Notes: a model not told the origin generated them from the sequence alone. A stretch of DNA of 64,000 bases from Chrysomallon squamiferum (GCA_012295275.1 CM022665.1:41354001-41418000); one strand, 5' to 3'; positions 25,101 to 40,820 are shown, counted from the first letter of the stretch. Numbers and translations: made by a program.

Positions 25101-26982
25101 CTGATTCTCAACCATTTAAACTTGTTTTTATCACATTGGCACAGAACTTCAGACTTTTTTTCAAAGCTTTTCTTGTTTCTGGTGTTTCTGGTCAAACACT
25201 TGCCATGGTTTTACCATCACTGAAATGAGCTTTACTGACCCCTTGTTTCAAATAAGTGTACAGTGCTAATCCATTCCACAGGTCAAAGCTTTACAAAAGG
25301 CTTCGTATCTGTAAGCAGTACCTTTAGCTCATATTAAAATAATTTTCATTTGGAAAACTACAGACAAAACAAATATACTGTTTCATTTCAACAGTCATAG
25401 TGCAGAAATGTCACCTTGGCTCAGTCTGTGCAGATGTTTAACACAGTTACACTGACTTGTACCAGAGAGTGCATACACGACAGGTGGAATTGTAGACATG
25501 GGTAAACAAAATCTTCTTGAAAACTGTGTAGATGGTAAAATAAAAAAATAAAAGCTTTGGCTTAATGACATCTAAAGCAAAAATAATTAGCCGTTTGTTA
25601 TTTGTATGTGTCCTGGTGCTAAAGAGATTTTTTTTTTTTTTTTTTATATTGATGTTAACTTTATTTTTAAGAGTTCATGAAATTTGTTTGTGGGGTATGA
25701 AAATTAATACTACTACTACTACTACTAATAATAATGATAATAATTAAAAAAACCCATTAAATATAAGAAAAATGATTAAAAATCGATATTTTTATGAATT
25801 TAAAAAAAACAATTTTAAATCTTTTAATACCATTTTTCTTTTCTTTTATATATGTCTTAACATTTTGTAACTTGTGTTATCACTGATAAATGTAAGTTGG
25901 TGATAAAGTAATGTAAAAGATTGCTGTTATTAACTTAATATGCAGGATGCAGACTGGAACATACTATTATTATTAAAAAAAAAAATGTCTGGTTGTGATT
26001 TCATGGTCAGTGTACTTAAGAATGATAATAGCTACTACATCATCATAAAACTGTTTCCAACGTCAAATATCACAGTGGTAAAATAAAATATCTTAATTTT
26101 AGAATAAGTTGTTCTTGGGATATTTTTGTGAGTAAAAATGTGCTGTTGTTCAGAAATACAAAGTAAGTGTGTATAAAAGCATTCAAATAAAAAAATGGCT
26201 AGATATAACATACATTGATCAATTATATTAATCAAATAATTTTTGAAAAATTAATACAGCTAGAAGTATACATTATACTGATTTTCACTTTAAAAAATAG
26301 GTATTTTAAAAATGTTACCAATCTTATAGTTTAACCAGGAAGAAGAAGAAAATAATAATTTAAAAAAATCAAAAAAAATCTAACCCAACAATAATGCTGA
26401 AAACATTACCTTCAGCAAAATATTTTTTCTAACAGTGTAAATGCTAAATTTTTAAAGATATTTGTTAACCCTATTTCTTTCAGTAATATTTTGTTTTGTT
26501 TTTTTGTTTTTGCCCTTAACAATCATGAAAACATATTCACACAGAAGTCAGTTTTTAATAGTATAGCACTATATAATAGTATCCTTGAAAAGATAAAACA
26601 CCAAAATAACTTGAATTAATATAACAGAATTTAAAAAAAAAGAAGAAAAAAAGAAAAAGATAAACTTATCCATTTTCTGTTTAGAAGTGATTTTTTTGTT
26701 CATACTTGATGTCTAACAACTGAAGACATTTAGTATATTGATATTTTCTTCAGAATAATTCGGAAAAATCCAGACTTTATAAGAATATTACACACATGTA
26801 TAAATATGAACAAAAAAAAAATGTATGTAAAGAAAAAGACAATAGTGAAGAAACTGATATTCACATTTGTTGATGAGAACCTTTTTCTTGGGGGTATTGT
26901 CAGTTGTTAATATTGGAAATCATTTGCAGTGACATTTTCGAATCTGATATTTCCTTTATTTTCTCCTTTTACACAAAAGTCC

Positions 26983-27013
<31 letters not shown>

Positions 27014-30000
27014 AAATTTTTTAAAATGCAGATAAGTGTATAGATCTTTGTATTCTTTTTGTGCCAATTTACTTTGAAAATCCCCAGATCAACAGTGAGC
27101 AATATACTTGTATGTTACTTACGCAAATGTTAATATTTATTTTTTCACCAGTGTATTGGATTAGATGTACACTATTGTGGTGTTACTTAATTCAGTTTCT
27201 TTACACTGTTTGATGTGTGTGGTATAAGTACATTCAATATTTACAGCTTGTTCTTATTAACATGTACATAGACAGCTCATCTTTTTTGTTATGTTACGTT
27301 TTATTTTCTTTTGTAATTGTTATTTATATTAATGTCATATTTAATCAAAGATTCATCATGCTAAAACATGTTATATTGTCTTTTTATAATAAGCTCAACC
27401 TTTTTAGTATAGACACTGATTTTACTGACAGTGAAAACTGTTTCATAGTCTTTTATTTTATTTTTATTATTGTATTTATTTATTTCTATTTTTTTTCTGG
27501 ATCAAAGATATTAAAATTACTGTTTTTCTTGAGCTATGTAATGGCTGTGTTACCTGTTTTTTCAGTTGGTTTCATAATCAGTTTGTATGATATTTTATGA
27601 ATAGGATTGTTTTAACTTGTTAGTATGAAATTGTTTTTGTTTTGATTTCATATTCTGATTGTAGCAACGAGTCTGTAGAAATCACTGATCAAGTACATCT
27701 GTAAGTTAAGCTAGGTTGCTGATGCTGAACATTTGGTACAATTGCAAAAGTTTCTAATAAAGGCACCATAATGTCTTGAAGAAAAAAAAATGCTATTGCG
27801 TGATCTTCAGGTTTATGTTCAGAGTTCAAATACATAAACTTCTAGAAAGACAAATAAATAATTTATAGTATTTTAGGCTTTGACATGTAAACAAGCTGAA
27901 GAAAATTGACTTTCTAGTCCCTTTAAATAAGCCATCTTCTTCTTTTACTGTTGAGATTATTACTTTATTTTTTATTTTTGTGGCATCATCATTATTTTAT
28001 GGATGATTGTCCACTTTTTCTGTCCCTATTCATTTTAGTGCTTAACTTTTTACAGCAGTTTAAGGATGAGCCATTGCTGTGACACAATAAATTACATTGT
28101 AATCTTCATTGATCTGTGCTGCATGTAGGAAATCCCTGCAAGAAATCATGTCATTAAACTGTCACCTAATTTAATCTTTCACAAACTTGCCACCAATAAA
28201 AAAATATATAAAAAAATGAAAGGAAGAAAAGAAAGAAAGAAAAAAGAAAAAAGAAAACTCTTCACCATAAAAACATTGAGTTGTTCAAATACTAGATATT
28301 ACTACTAAGAATAAAAAAAATTAAAATAAATAAAAAAATGATAAAAATCTCCATTTCATCTATTTCCTGGTTTAATCTTTGTCAAGTGAAATTATGATAT
28401 ATTAATTTGAAATATTTTCAGAGTTAAGAGAGGTTTGTTTTTTTCCCTACTTTATTTTATTTTTAAAATTTAAAAGCATTTTATATTTTGTAAGGATAAT
28501 TGTTTCAGTGATTTCTTTCACTGAATGTTAATTATAAAAACGGGCTTTTAAGCTGTCCAGTAATTACATTTGATTACTATTAGCTTTTCAGGTATTTTCT
28601 GTTGACAAGTATTTATAAATACAATACAATAAATACATTACAGTACTGTTCAATACGATACAATGTGATACAGTACAATACATTACAATACATACATTCA
28701 AGCAGACACAAGATAGACATGCACATGTATAAACTAAATTTTTACCAAAGGATACAAAGTTGTTATTGGGAACTCATATATAATAATTACAATCATATTT
28801 AGTTAGTTGGGTTGAATGAAAGAAGAAGAAAAAAAAATACGTGACATCTACTGAATACTGTTTGATTATCGATGATACACTGCACATTTTGTGTATTAAT
28901 GTCACATGCCGTGCCAATGGGACAGTTCTGCATGTTAGCTGTTGCGGCTTCTGAGCAACACTAATGAGCGATTTAGTGATGGTCGCATTTCCACCATGAC
29001 CATTTATTGATCTGCCATTGTCATTTTTATTCACAGTACATTGTTTGTCGCTTATACCAGTTATGATTAATCCTAATTGTAGATCTGAAAGTGTTTTTGT
29101 GATACACGAGGACCATGGTTGATTTGAGCAGTCAAGAATTGTCAATAACATGTTGAAAATGATCATATCAAGTAAGAAACTAATAATAAAAAAAAATATT
29201 GGTATTGAATTTAAATTATGAATGATCATTGTCACCTGAAGAGGTTTCAGTAGACATGCATTCAGACATGCAGAGACACAGACACACACATGCATACAAA
29301 ATACGTCATATTCTCTTTCACACACACGCACAAACACATACAACCAAAATTGATTTATTTGTTTTGCAAAATCTATAAAAGGTACATAATTTAGCGAAAA
29401 ATAAATATATAGAGATAGATTAGTCGGAGAAAAATAAAAAGTAAAGAAAATGAAGGAGAGAGAGAGAGAAAAAGAGAGAGAGAGACAGTGAGTGAGAGAG
29501 AGATGGTAGAGAACTTAGAGATACACAGATATAGAGGATCAAAGAAAGAAAATTGTGATAAACAGGTTACAGTTAATTTTTAAAAATCATTAATGTTACT
29601 AATTTAGTGTTCTACTAGTGTCTGACGTGTAGATTATTTATTGATAGAATAATCTTTTCCATCTGTCCAGCTGAATGTCTTAGTGTGACTATTTCAGTTA
29701 AAGCTCTTGCTCATTGCAGTTTCTTGGTTGATCCTAATTTAAGAAATGCATTATGTGATAAGCTGGTGATAATAAATTTTTTATTATCATATTTAAACTG
29801 TTCTGTTTGAGTAATTTTAATAAAAATTTCTCTTACTCAAAAACCATTTTTATGCATTATAATTATAATTGTTGTTTTTTGTTGTTGTTGTTGTTTCTGT
29901 TGTTTTTGTTATTTTATATTTTTCTAGTACTAAATCAATGATGCATATAGCAAGAAAACATACACATACATAATGGTTTTATTTCCAGAATAATTATAAT

Positions 30001-32686
30001 CTATGTTGTTTTTCTGGTTATACAGTGAGAAAATAGATATTATTAACAAGGCCAGTACCTTTTAATATATAAGGTAAATCTAGTAGGCCTGATTCTATGT
30101 ATCTCTTATCTCAGAACTAGTGACTAGTAGGCCTGGTTCTTTGTAGCTGTGTTTGTTTTCTCAGTACTAGTGACTAGTAGATATCTGTTATCTCAATAGT
30201 AATAGTCTGGTACCTGTGAAATAAATAATATTTAGCTGTAGCATTTGGACATAAAACTGCATAATAAAACTGAATTCTTACGATTTCATGTTGTTCAAAG
30301 ATATATGTTAATTACTACAGCTCACTTGACTCTGAACTACACATAAACACACTGGTTTACACTGTCCTCCATTAGATCTTGGTTATCTTGTTTGTGGACC
30401 AAATAAGGTTAGCTGTGCCAAATAATTTGTACTTACATAGATGATAAAATTATGAGTTAGCTTCTTTATTAGTAATCAGGTTGTTCAGAAAGACGTATGA
30501 TCAGATCCTTAATTGCAGTTGCCCACATAACTCTGAACTGTACATAAATACTGTGGTATGTATTGTCTTGTCTGTGGACCAGAAAAGGTTCAGCTGGACC
30601 ATTAGTACTTTTGTAGATGGTAAAACTTATGAGTTAGTAGGTTTATCGGTTAATAGGTTGTTAAGAAAGATGTATGTTCAGTTCCATAATTACAGAAACC
30701 CACAAAACTCTGAATGTAAATCTGTAATTACCACACTGTGTGTGTGTGTAAAATGATGCTAACAACATGACCGCTGTGACACAATGATAAATTGCTGCTA
30801 ATTGGAAGAGGTTGAAATGGTAGCCTGTCCCATGTATCACAGGCAGCTTAACCAGTCTTAACAAGATGTGGGCAAGAAAATAACTTGATACTTTGCTAAC
30901 TGAGGTGTGCTGTGCCAGTCTCGAGAATAACATTTCATAAAGAACTAATTGTGTCCATTTTGGCAATTATGGACAAGAAATCAATAAGAGTATTTTTTTT
31001 CTTTTCTTTCTTTCTTCTTTTTGCATTTTTCTAATGCTGTAAATGATTTGGTAAAGATGACATGTGTATATACGTTTAGTGGCAAGGGTTAGTATATTTC
31101 ATCTTTTCTGGGTAAACATCTTTAAAAATAATCTGATTATTATTGGGTTTTTTTTTAAAATTAATTAATTAATTGTTGTCCAGTTCTGGAACTGCTAAAA
31201 GTCAACTGGTGAGAAACAACAGAAATGAAAACCAAGTTAAATTTTTGGTAGACGGAATTCGGACTCGGTCATCGGTCATTATTTACAACCGTCTCTGGAA
31301 TGAGACATCCAAGCTTTGAACTCCTCGATATTTAATAAATACCAAAATTAATTATCATCAATTCAACTTTATAATGTTAAAGTGGAGATTTGTATTTATT
31401 TATGTCTGATTCGCAGACAGATCAGAGTGGTGTATTGTTAAAGAACACTTGATGCTCTTTTCCTGTTACAGAGTCACTTTGATGATTGCCAGCCAAGATT
31501 TTCTCATACCAGTTTGTCCACCGTCTGGACATTGTCCACTATCTGTCCATCACTTGTCAGCTTTCACTCCTGTAGTTTTAATCAGATTCTTTTCAAAGTC
31601 AGTGTAATGGTTCACTGATGATTCCTTTATCTCTAAATTAGAGCAAGTAAAACCATATCTCATTTCAATAAAGCTGTAATGAAAATAACATATTCTGCAA
31701 TGTCAGGAATGTAGTAATAATATAAGAAAAATAAGACAACTTTTATTTTATTATTATTATTATTATTATTATTTTTTTTATTATTTTTTTTATTTAGTTA
31801 AAGACAATTTGTTATTGTTTTCTTCCCATATTTTTTCTCTGTGTGTGTGTGTGTGTGTGTGTTGGTTTTTGTTTTTTCTTTACTGTTTTTCTCTGTTTTT
31901 CTCTCCTGTGTCCTTTTACATCTTTTTTTTTTTTGGGGGGATTGGGTCAATTATAAATACTACTGTATATTTTTTTTAAAACTAACATATTTTAAGATAT
32001 CCCTTCCCTAAACAGTTTCATAGTACCTTCTCCATCTCCTTTCACTTTTACTTTTTTGTATCTTACACATATGGAAATAAAGACAATGTAGTAATAAGGA
32101 GAAAATCATTTTCTTTCTACTGTTTGAATAAATAATGCTTTAAAAATATATTGAAATTTCTTTTTAATTTTAATTTTAATTTTAATCATCATCGTCACTG
32201 CTGCTATTAAAGTAATGACATTCCATTTGATAATTAATAATAACAACTCAACTCACTGGCTTAAACATGCTTTTATCCAGATTATGATCCATTCTAATTA
32301 GTCTGAAAGGATGAGCATTGTTTGCCAGCAGGTATTGTAGTGTCTGTCAGACGTAGGAGATTGCTCAGTTTTACACATTACAGTTTAATTCTGGTCGTGT
32401 GTGTTAGTGCTGCACAGGAGCTTGCTGTGGGATGTCAGTCCGGTCCCAATCAATTAATAAGTTTTTGTAATTTTGCTGTGTACTAGGGAAATCGGCTGTG
32501 AGCTGTTGGTGCTGTTGATGGGCGGTTGTCTGACAGACTGGCCAGTTGGGCTGATTAAATATTAATCAGTTTTCTTAAAGAAGAGTTTGTCGGTAGCTTG
32601 AAAACAGCCTTGTAAAACAAATAATAAAGAATAAATTAAACCCAAAAAAACAAAACAATGAGAAACAAATAAATAAATACATATTA

Positions 32687-32717
<31 letters not shown>

Positions 32718-33194
32718 ATATTATAAATAAATAAATAAATAAATAATACCAAGAAGTAAAGAAAAGAAGAATAACAAAACAAAACAAATATCGGTTAATT
32801 TGTCATGGTAATTTGAGCATTGAAGCAAGGGAGAGCAAAATATGACCATCGGACATTTTATTTATTTATTTATTTATTTATTATTATTATTTTTTTTTGT
32901 CTTTTAAAACAATATTCTGTTGAGTTAAGGATGAATTTCCATATTGTGTTAACAATGATTGATTATTTTATTTTTGTTTTACCTCTTTATAGTGTTGCTA
33001 GTGTTGATTACTGGATTTTGTAATGATACTTTAATCCACTGTTAGAAACCTTTTAATCCTTTAATATACTTAGCACAATTGATAGAAAAATATTTGGTCG
33101 TTAGTATATCTATTAACTTTGGATTCTTCTGGATTTGTTATACCTTTCAAACTTTTTGAAAGGTTTCTAGTTAAGAGCTGTGTGGTTTTTATTG

Positions 33195-33227
<33 letters not shown>

Positions 33228-34240
33228 CAATTTAGTTTCTTTCTTTCTTTCTTTCTTTCTTTCTTTATTATTATTTTTTTTCTACTTTTCTGGTTTCTTT
33301 CTTTTTTCCTAATACTTGTATTTCTGATTTTATTCATTTTTCCAAATGACATTCTTTACAAAGGGAAGTATGATGGTAGCCCTAAAGGTGGTCTCTGGAG
33401 ATTTGATCCTACAACCTATTTCTCTTCAGGTGGGTCTCTATTTATATGAACAAAGCCAAAATGATAGTCTGGCTGTTATTTTTCTCAAATATTTTTTGAA
33501 ATTTTAATCAATTTGTAAGTCCAGTGAAGCTTGTAATTTCTGCGCCAATGATGATACGGGGTTTTTTTGCCATAGAGTTTGATACTATTGAACTCAGAGA
33601 ATTAATTTACATTTTTCAGTCATGAGGACGAGACACCATTTGTGTGATATTTTTCAAGAGTTATTGAATAGCCATAACACAGATCCGAGACAGAATTACT
33701 TAAATAACACACTGATTATGTTATCAAAACTGACTCAGCCACCAAGTTGAAAAGACATTGCCAGAATTAACCCAAATCCAATTTCTTTTTCTAAAATACA
33801 GCAATGGCGATCTTTTTCACAGATGATTTAACTTTGCTTTATGTTGTAATCTAGTAAGTAATGAAATAAATCCAAAAGTATCATTTACTTGACCTTGTCT
33901 GTCCATTTTTTTTTTGTCCTCTTTTTTTTTTTTGGCCTTCTTTTTTTCCTTTTCCTATTTTTACTTAATTTAACCTATTTAGTTTTAACTTATTTTTTCC
34001 CCTTATTATGTTGACTGAGATAGACAGAACTGAACTGGGAATTTCCTTAAATTCCTGATGTGAAAACCAAGTATCAAAAATTGAGAATAGGTATTTAAAA
34101 TTTGTTACAAATTTATTTATTTATAATAATAATAATAATAAAACAAATCATGAAGATTGCTCTAATTCACCATCATTAGCAATATCTGTGTTGTGTTAGT
34201 GTCAATTAAATAATAAAAATAATAATAATAAGAATAATAA

Positions 34241-34276
<36 letters not shown>

Positions 34277-34692
34277 TAAAACAGTTTGAACATTCAGTGT
34301 CTCACAGTCTCTCACACCTAATAGAATTCATTCTAATTCCATTGACTACAAATATGTTGAGAATGAGAACTTAATTCTCCTTTCAGCAAATGGAAATCAA
34401 AACAGAATTATTCTTTGATCCTCTGGTGATTTCTTCATTGAATTTCGCCAAAATATATCAATTCCTCGTGTGATCGGCACTCATAAATTGCTTCCCACAG
34501 TGATAATCTAATGACTTGTCTTTACATCGTGGCCTCCTGAAGGACCTGCTCTGTCTATGCTGATTTCTTTAAACCTTCATGTAATTACACATCTTGGTCA
34601 GGGAGAGAGTGTGGAATATGGAACCCATTTTTTTTTTTATGAGGCTGCTGCAGTTTGGGGAATATCACTGAGCCAGCTAATCATTTCCTATT

Positions 34693-35120
34693 GTAACTGA
34701 CGATAAAAGAGTATTTGCTGCTTTAGGTGAATATTCCCAAGAAAGTTGCTGGTCATTAGTAACTGATGATAAAAGAGTATTTGCTGCTTTATCTGGATAT
34801 TCCCAAGGAAGTCACTGGTCATTAGTAAGTAACAATAAAAGAGTATTTGCTGCTTTAGGTGAATATTCCCAAGCAAGTCACTGGTCATTAGTAACTGATG
34901 ATAAAAGAGTATTTGCTGCTTTAGGTGAATATTCCCAAGCAAGTCACTGGTCATTAGTAACTGACGATAAAATAGTATTTGCTGCTTTAGGTGAATATTC
35001 CCAAGCAAGTTGCTGGTCATTAGTAACTTATGATAAAAGAATATTTGCTGTTTTATCTCAATATTCCCAAGGAAGTCACTGGTCATTAGTCACTGATGAT
35101 AAAAGAGTATTTGCTGCTTT
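34693..35120. repeat. 66-bp minisatellite, ~6.5 copies
   Basis: Unit approximately gataaaagagtatttgctgctttaggtgaatattcccaagcaagtcactggtcattagtaactgat, repeated head-to-tail. It produces the 22-aa periodic ORF 34688-35086. Confidence 0.92.
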
Positions 35121-36349
35121 GCACTTAATTTTTTTATGTAGCCAGCTAATCTGCTTCTGTTACTAGTCATAAAATACTATTTGAGGGGAGGTTTTTTCGG
35201 TTTATCTTTTTGTTATACTAGACTATAGTATTAAAAAATAGCATTTATGCTTCTTTGGATCAGTATTACCCAACCAGTTAGTCCTTTGTTGTTAATAATA
35301 AAATAGTATTTGCTGCTGTGATGTTGGGTGACTATTTTCCCAGGAAATATTTTTTTGTTTTGTCACAGATAACAAAATAATTTCTGTTTTGGATGATTAC
35401 TGCTAAGCCAAACAATTTTTTTTTTTTTTTAAATTTTTTTTTTGGTCTCCTGTAACCAAATGGCATTTGCAGCTTTTGTCACTAAGAATAAAATATTATC
35501 TGCTACTTTTTTCAGACTTTTGTTTCATTCTGTCCAGCAGTTTTAGTGTGATGGGAGATTAGATTGTCAGCTGTTATTTTTCCTTTTTTGGTCTAATCTT
35601 ACTGATCTCAGTTCCTTAATAAAAGTTTTACGATAATTCACCAAATCATGATAAATATCCTTTTTTTTTTTTTTTTTTTTTTTTTTCCTTTTTGCTTTAA
35701 AACTATTATGTTGCATTTAGGGTGCCAGTATATGTAATTCATTAAGGTACGACCGTATATCCTTGCTTATTTAATAATGTAAATTAATTTGCCTTGCCGG
35801 CCTGTTGACGATGAAATAACTCAAACAAATTATAATGGAGTTCCGAAGTGAAATGATTTGCTTCTAAGTCAGATATGATTGATCATGAGCAAGTCTGAGA
35901 CATGTTTATGCATTAATGATTGAATATTTAACAACACCTCAGGAACAAAACAAAAATAAAAATGGCTACTACAGTGTCCATGCTTGATGGATTTGATGAT
36001 TTTTACATTGTGAATAATGAATTATATGCATATCAAAGACTTTGGTATATGTTATGTAGTATATGTGAATGTCTCATATTAAATGTACACGGTATATATT
36101 GTACAGAAGTGTTGCTTTTATTTCTTACACTGGGAAAACAAATTGTTTGATAGATGCTTTGGTATGTGCTGTGTTATATTTTGTATATAAAGGATGTGAT
36201 GTGTTCTGTTCTATATGTGGCAGTGTCTTGAATATCAAAGACCTTAGTATACACTGAATTATTTTCTTTTATTTCAAAGGTATATCAGATATTTTGCTAC
36301 ACCACTGTGAATGTCTTGGTCATCAGACACTGGTATGGTTATGACTATG

Positions 36350-37020
36350 TACTGAATATTATTTTGGTTGTGCAAATTTTGTTTGTAAGAATGACTTTGG
36401 TACTCTGTTGTATATGAAAGAAATTTCTATAACTGTAAGCAGGATCATCGTACTATTAAATATTGTGATATGTATGTATCAGCCTTTTGTGTATGGAAGA
36501 GTTTTATGTATCATTCTGTATGCAGGAATATCTTGTCAAGTCAGATATTACGCTATTTAACATTTTGGTAATATGTGTAGCAATCTCTTGTATATGCATC
36601 ATTCTGTTTGCAGAAATTTCTTGTTAACTTTTTTCTTATACTATTAATCATTTTAGTTTATGTGTAACATTCTATTAAATATGAGAGTTCTATGTGTTAT
36701 ATTCTATATGCAGGAGTATCTTGTTGATTTATATATAATTATACTATTAAACATTTTGGTTATATGTGCAACAGTCTGTTTTATGTGAAAGATTGTTCTC
36801 TGTATTAGGCTATATGAAGAAATTCTTGTCAACGTACGAGTTACACTATTAAATACTTGCTGTAATTATGTGTGAGTGTTTAACTGAAAGAGAGTTCTGT
36901 GTTTTACTCTGTATGATGAAATATCTTGTCAACGTATATGTTAGACGGTTAACTATTTTGGTATAATTGTGTGTGAAAGAGAGTATCTATGTATTATTCT
37001 GTATGCAGAAATATCTTGTC
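36350..37020. repeat. Degenerate tandem repeat, ~90-105 bp period, ~7 copies
   Basis: Recurrent (t)ctgtatgcag(a/g)aatatcttgt and tactattaaa(c/t)att motifs at roughly 100-bp spacing (tcttgt at ~36531, 36619, 36719, 36824, 36924, 37014). Confidence 0.65.
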
Positions 37021-38552
37021 TGTCCCAGACTCTGATATCAGCTGTTGTTACGCTTCCAAGTCTGAAAAGGAAGTCTGAAAAGATCATTTTCTTTGTTTTT
37101 TTTGCTGCACTGCTACAGTGATAAACTGAAATCTTCATTTTACTTATTCAGAGCATGACAAAGACCACACTGCTTTGTTCTCAATCATTTTCACACACGA
37201 GTCTGCTGAGCTAATTGTCTTTAGCTTTTCTTAGTGTTGTTCTGCAAGATTAAAAATAAGCTGATGATGGCTAATTGTCCAGTTTGATGACCTTGATGTG
37301 TAATCACTGAGTAAGCAGGTTAGTCCGAGACCTTTACAAGCACAAATAGAATTAAGCTGTGACACGGAATTTAAAGGTGCTGCTTGTGAATCTGTTAAAT
37401 GGTTTTTGGGATTATGTGGCAGCTGTTGTAAAGACAAATTTGCTGTCCAAAAGGCGATTAGCGACAGAGTTTAATGGAATTGTTGTGTATGTTGTACTAA
37501 TTTGCTAATTGATATGTATTCCTCTTTTGTTCAGTGCTACTTGTCTTATCTGAGGTGTGTGTCTATGTACGTGTGGAAGTATATCTGTAAATGTGTGTAA
37601 ATATGTGGAAATATGTGGAATATATCTGTATATGTGTGTAGAATATATCTGTATGTGTGTGTGGAATATATCTGTATGTGTGTGTGCGGTAATACGTGTG
37701 TGTGTGTGTCTAAATGTTTGCATATTTACATGTTTGAGTTCAATATTTCAGTGATGTTTACATATAAACCCTTTCAGCTGTATTGCATTTAACTCAAAGA
37801 ATAAATGTTAAAATATAAAAATAAATGTTTAAAAAAAAAACCCCAAATCCCCAGATATTAGCTTATTTCAGAAGAAAACAATCTCAGAAACAATAATTTT
37901 TCCTTTAAGATTTAAAAGAAAATTGACTAAATAAAGAAAAATGATTAAAGAAAAGGAGAATTGCTTACTGACTTCAAGAATGTACTGGAATAACCATCAA
38001 TGAAAAATGTGATAAAAATAATAATAATACTAAAAATTAATAACATTGCCTATAATAACAAGAAATTAAAAAATAAACAAACGGAAAAAGATTAAGTGCA
38101 TGTTATGTGCATACATTTAGTTCAAAAATATAAAAGGAACAGTAACATTAATGAAAATTTAAAAGATATCCACAATTACGTTTACTCTGACTCCAAAAAG
38201 TCAAACATAAGGGGGTATAAAGAAAATAAAAATAAAACAGTAATGTCTTACTGTCTGTTGAGAAGTTAATGAAAAACACAATAGCCTTAGTTGAATTGCT
38301 TTGACTGGCCATTAAAGGTTATATCAGTGAAAACAATTCACATTATCTATCAATTTCAGCTGTTCTCAGATGTTAATCATTGCAACGAGAGTCTATTGAT
38401 TTTACTGTGTAATGGGTTTCATTTTGAAATTTTACATTCCATTGGATTTTAAATTGGTTTTCGGAAGACATCTTTTTTGTGGACTTAAAATTTTCCAGTT
38501 CTTGTTTCGTTTTGAGCTCGTAAATGTTGTTTTTGCATTGTCATAGTTTTCC

Positions 38553-38748
38553 GATTTTTCACGTATTCAGAGTTACCGGTTTCCAAATTCTACACATGTT
38601 AAAGTTATCAGTTTTCAGATTTTTCACGTATTCAAAGTTTTTAGTTTTCAGACTTTGCTCATATTCAAATTTACTATTTTTCAGGTTTTGTGTTTATTCA
38701 AAGTTCTCAGTTTCCAGATTTTGCACACATTCAAATTTACCACTTTTC
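38553..38748. repeat. 33-bp degenerate minisatellite, ~6 copies
   Basis: Units such as gatttttcacgtattcaaagtttttagttttca, gactttgctcatattcaaatttactatttttca and gattttgcacacattcaaatttaccacttttca. Confidence 0.75.
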
Positions 38749-38884
38749 AAAACACTAAAATCCATATATTTTGATATTTTGACCTATTCAGAAATATTTT
38801 CCTTGCATATTTTAATTTACTTTATACTCTAACATACTTAGACTATGTAGGAAATTTTCATTAACTGTACCAGTATGAAAAGAC

Positions 38885-38928
<44 letters not shown>

Positions 38929-40760
38929 TTTGCTTATATACTATGATTAATTAATGAATTTTATTTACTGTTATTATTTGTGTTTTTCGAAGTTTTATAC
39001 AACAGCTAATTACAGTGTTTTCATGCTGACAGTATGTCAAATATTAAAAATGGATAAAAATTTCTTCTAAAGATATCTATTGTTCCACTAAAACAATTTG
39101 GTAGTTTTAATCAAAGACTGAAAATGAAAAACAAAAATCACATTAAAGATTTCTTCTAAAGTTATCTATTGTTCCACTTATTATTTTATTTTAATTTAAC
39201 TTTTTTTTTTTTTCAGTCTGTTTATTATTATTCTTTTTAATCAAAAGTTGGAAATTATAAAACATTATTTTGACGATTCTGCACAGTAGACAAATATTTG
39301 TTCTTATACTAATATTAACTCAGGGGTCGTTCGGTTTCTTTTTGATGTTGGTAATCAGAGATTGGAAATGGATTAAAGATCTTGTTTTCGAGATTCCTAC
39401 AACAAACAAGTATTTAGTGTCGCACGAACGGCAATATAGTGCACGAGAGATTGGAAATGAATGGAAATCATTCTTGTTTTCAAGACTGTAAGCCAAACAA
39501 GTTTGTGTATTTATTCCAATATTAATTTATATGGCTTTTTTTTTTTTTTATGGGCTGTCAGATATGAAAGAAGATTATTAGCATCACACCTCAAGCATTT
39601 GATGTATGTTTGAAGCACTTTTCTTTTTCTGCCCATTATCAAGTACTTGCGACTCGCTGTACGACTTTGTTATTTCTGTCCACCAAGAGCAATGTAAGGG
39701 TAAATAGTAAATTTGATAATTGAGCAGTGATGCCGTATTTTGCTTCTCTTTCCAGAAATATATCAGAGTTAAGATGTTAATTAACACTGATGAGGCAATG
39801 AGAAAATGAGGCAATGAGAAAATGAGGTCAAGCAAAAAGTGACACCAGATGTTGATAATAAGATCGGTGATAAACTAGGTTGGAGTGTATTTTGCGTGTG
39901 GGAATGTGGGTGGTGGGTGGTATGTGTGTGTGTCTCTGTGTGTGTGGCTGTGTGTGGATGTCCATGTGTGTGATTATATATGAATGTGTATGTATATAGG
40001 TATGTATATATTTATATGTGTGTATGTTTTTGGATGTGCATGTGTGTTTATGTATGAATGTATATGTATATAGGTATGTATATATTTATATGTATGTTTT
40101 TGGTGTGTTGTGTATCTATCTATAATGTCTGTATGTATTTATGTTATGTATGTATGTTGTGTTAATGTTTTTATTGTATGTGTATGTATGTTTGTATAAA
40201 TATATGTGTGTATATATGTCTATGCATCTGTATGTTATGTATGTGTGGTGTATTAATGTTTTTATTTGTATTTATCTTAATAAATGTCTATATATTTCTC
40301 TGTCTGTGTGTGTGGTATAATTTTTATGTTTTTGTTTATATGTTAATGTGTGGGTATATGTATAAAATGTATGTGTATTTAATACTATATACAGTATATG
40401 TTTAACATGTGCCTTTTTGCATTTCTTTGCACTCGTGTACATACATAATTGATGGTATATGTGAAAAATCTGTATCAGTGTGTTATAATCATAGTGAATG
40501 GCAGTATGATAGCTATTTTATTATTTGTGTAATTTTTATTAAATTGCTTTTTGATGGCCGTGATAATGATAAAATAATGAAATTTGGTGTCATTAATCGA
40601 TTTTGATCCTGTGATTAACACTCGTTCAGAATTTATAACAGCAACAAGAGAGATAAAATGAAAAAGATCATTAGTTATAATGAACTTGTTTTTATTGTGA
40701 TTTCAGAATTTATCTTTGCTTAAAAATTTCCTTTCATTAAGATGTTATCCAGAGTTAGCA

Positions 40761-40764
<4 letters not shown>

Positions 40765-40820
<56 letters not shown>
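40765..40820. repeat. (TTA)n microsatellite
   Basis: Direct reading of the TTA run. Confidence 0.92.

Noticed and set aside
28774-29343. 189-aa minus-strand ORF
   Set aside because: Begins in a TG microsatellite, ends in poly-T-derived FFFF, and has no recognisable motif or splice structure.
31470-31610. Candidate CPSF2 exon 9 after cctgttacag
   Set aside because: None of the translations I read resembles the expected CPSF2 continuation; it looks more like a repeat fragment.
34688-35086. 132-aa repetitive ORF or CRISPR-like array
   Set aside because: It is a head-to-tail 66-bp minisatellite with no unique spacers and no cas genes, in a eukaryotic context. The ORF follows from the unit length.
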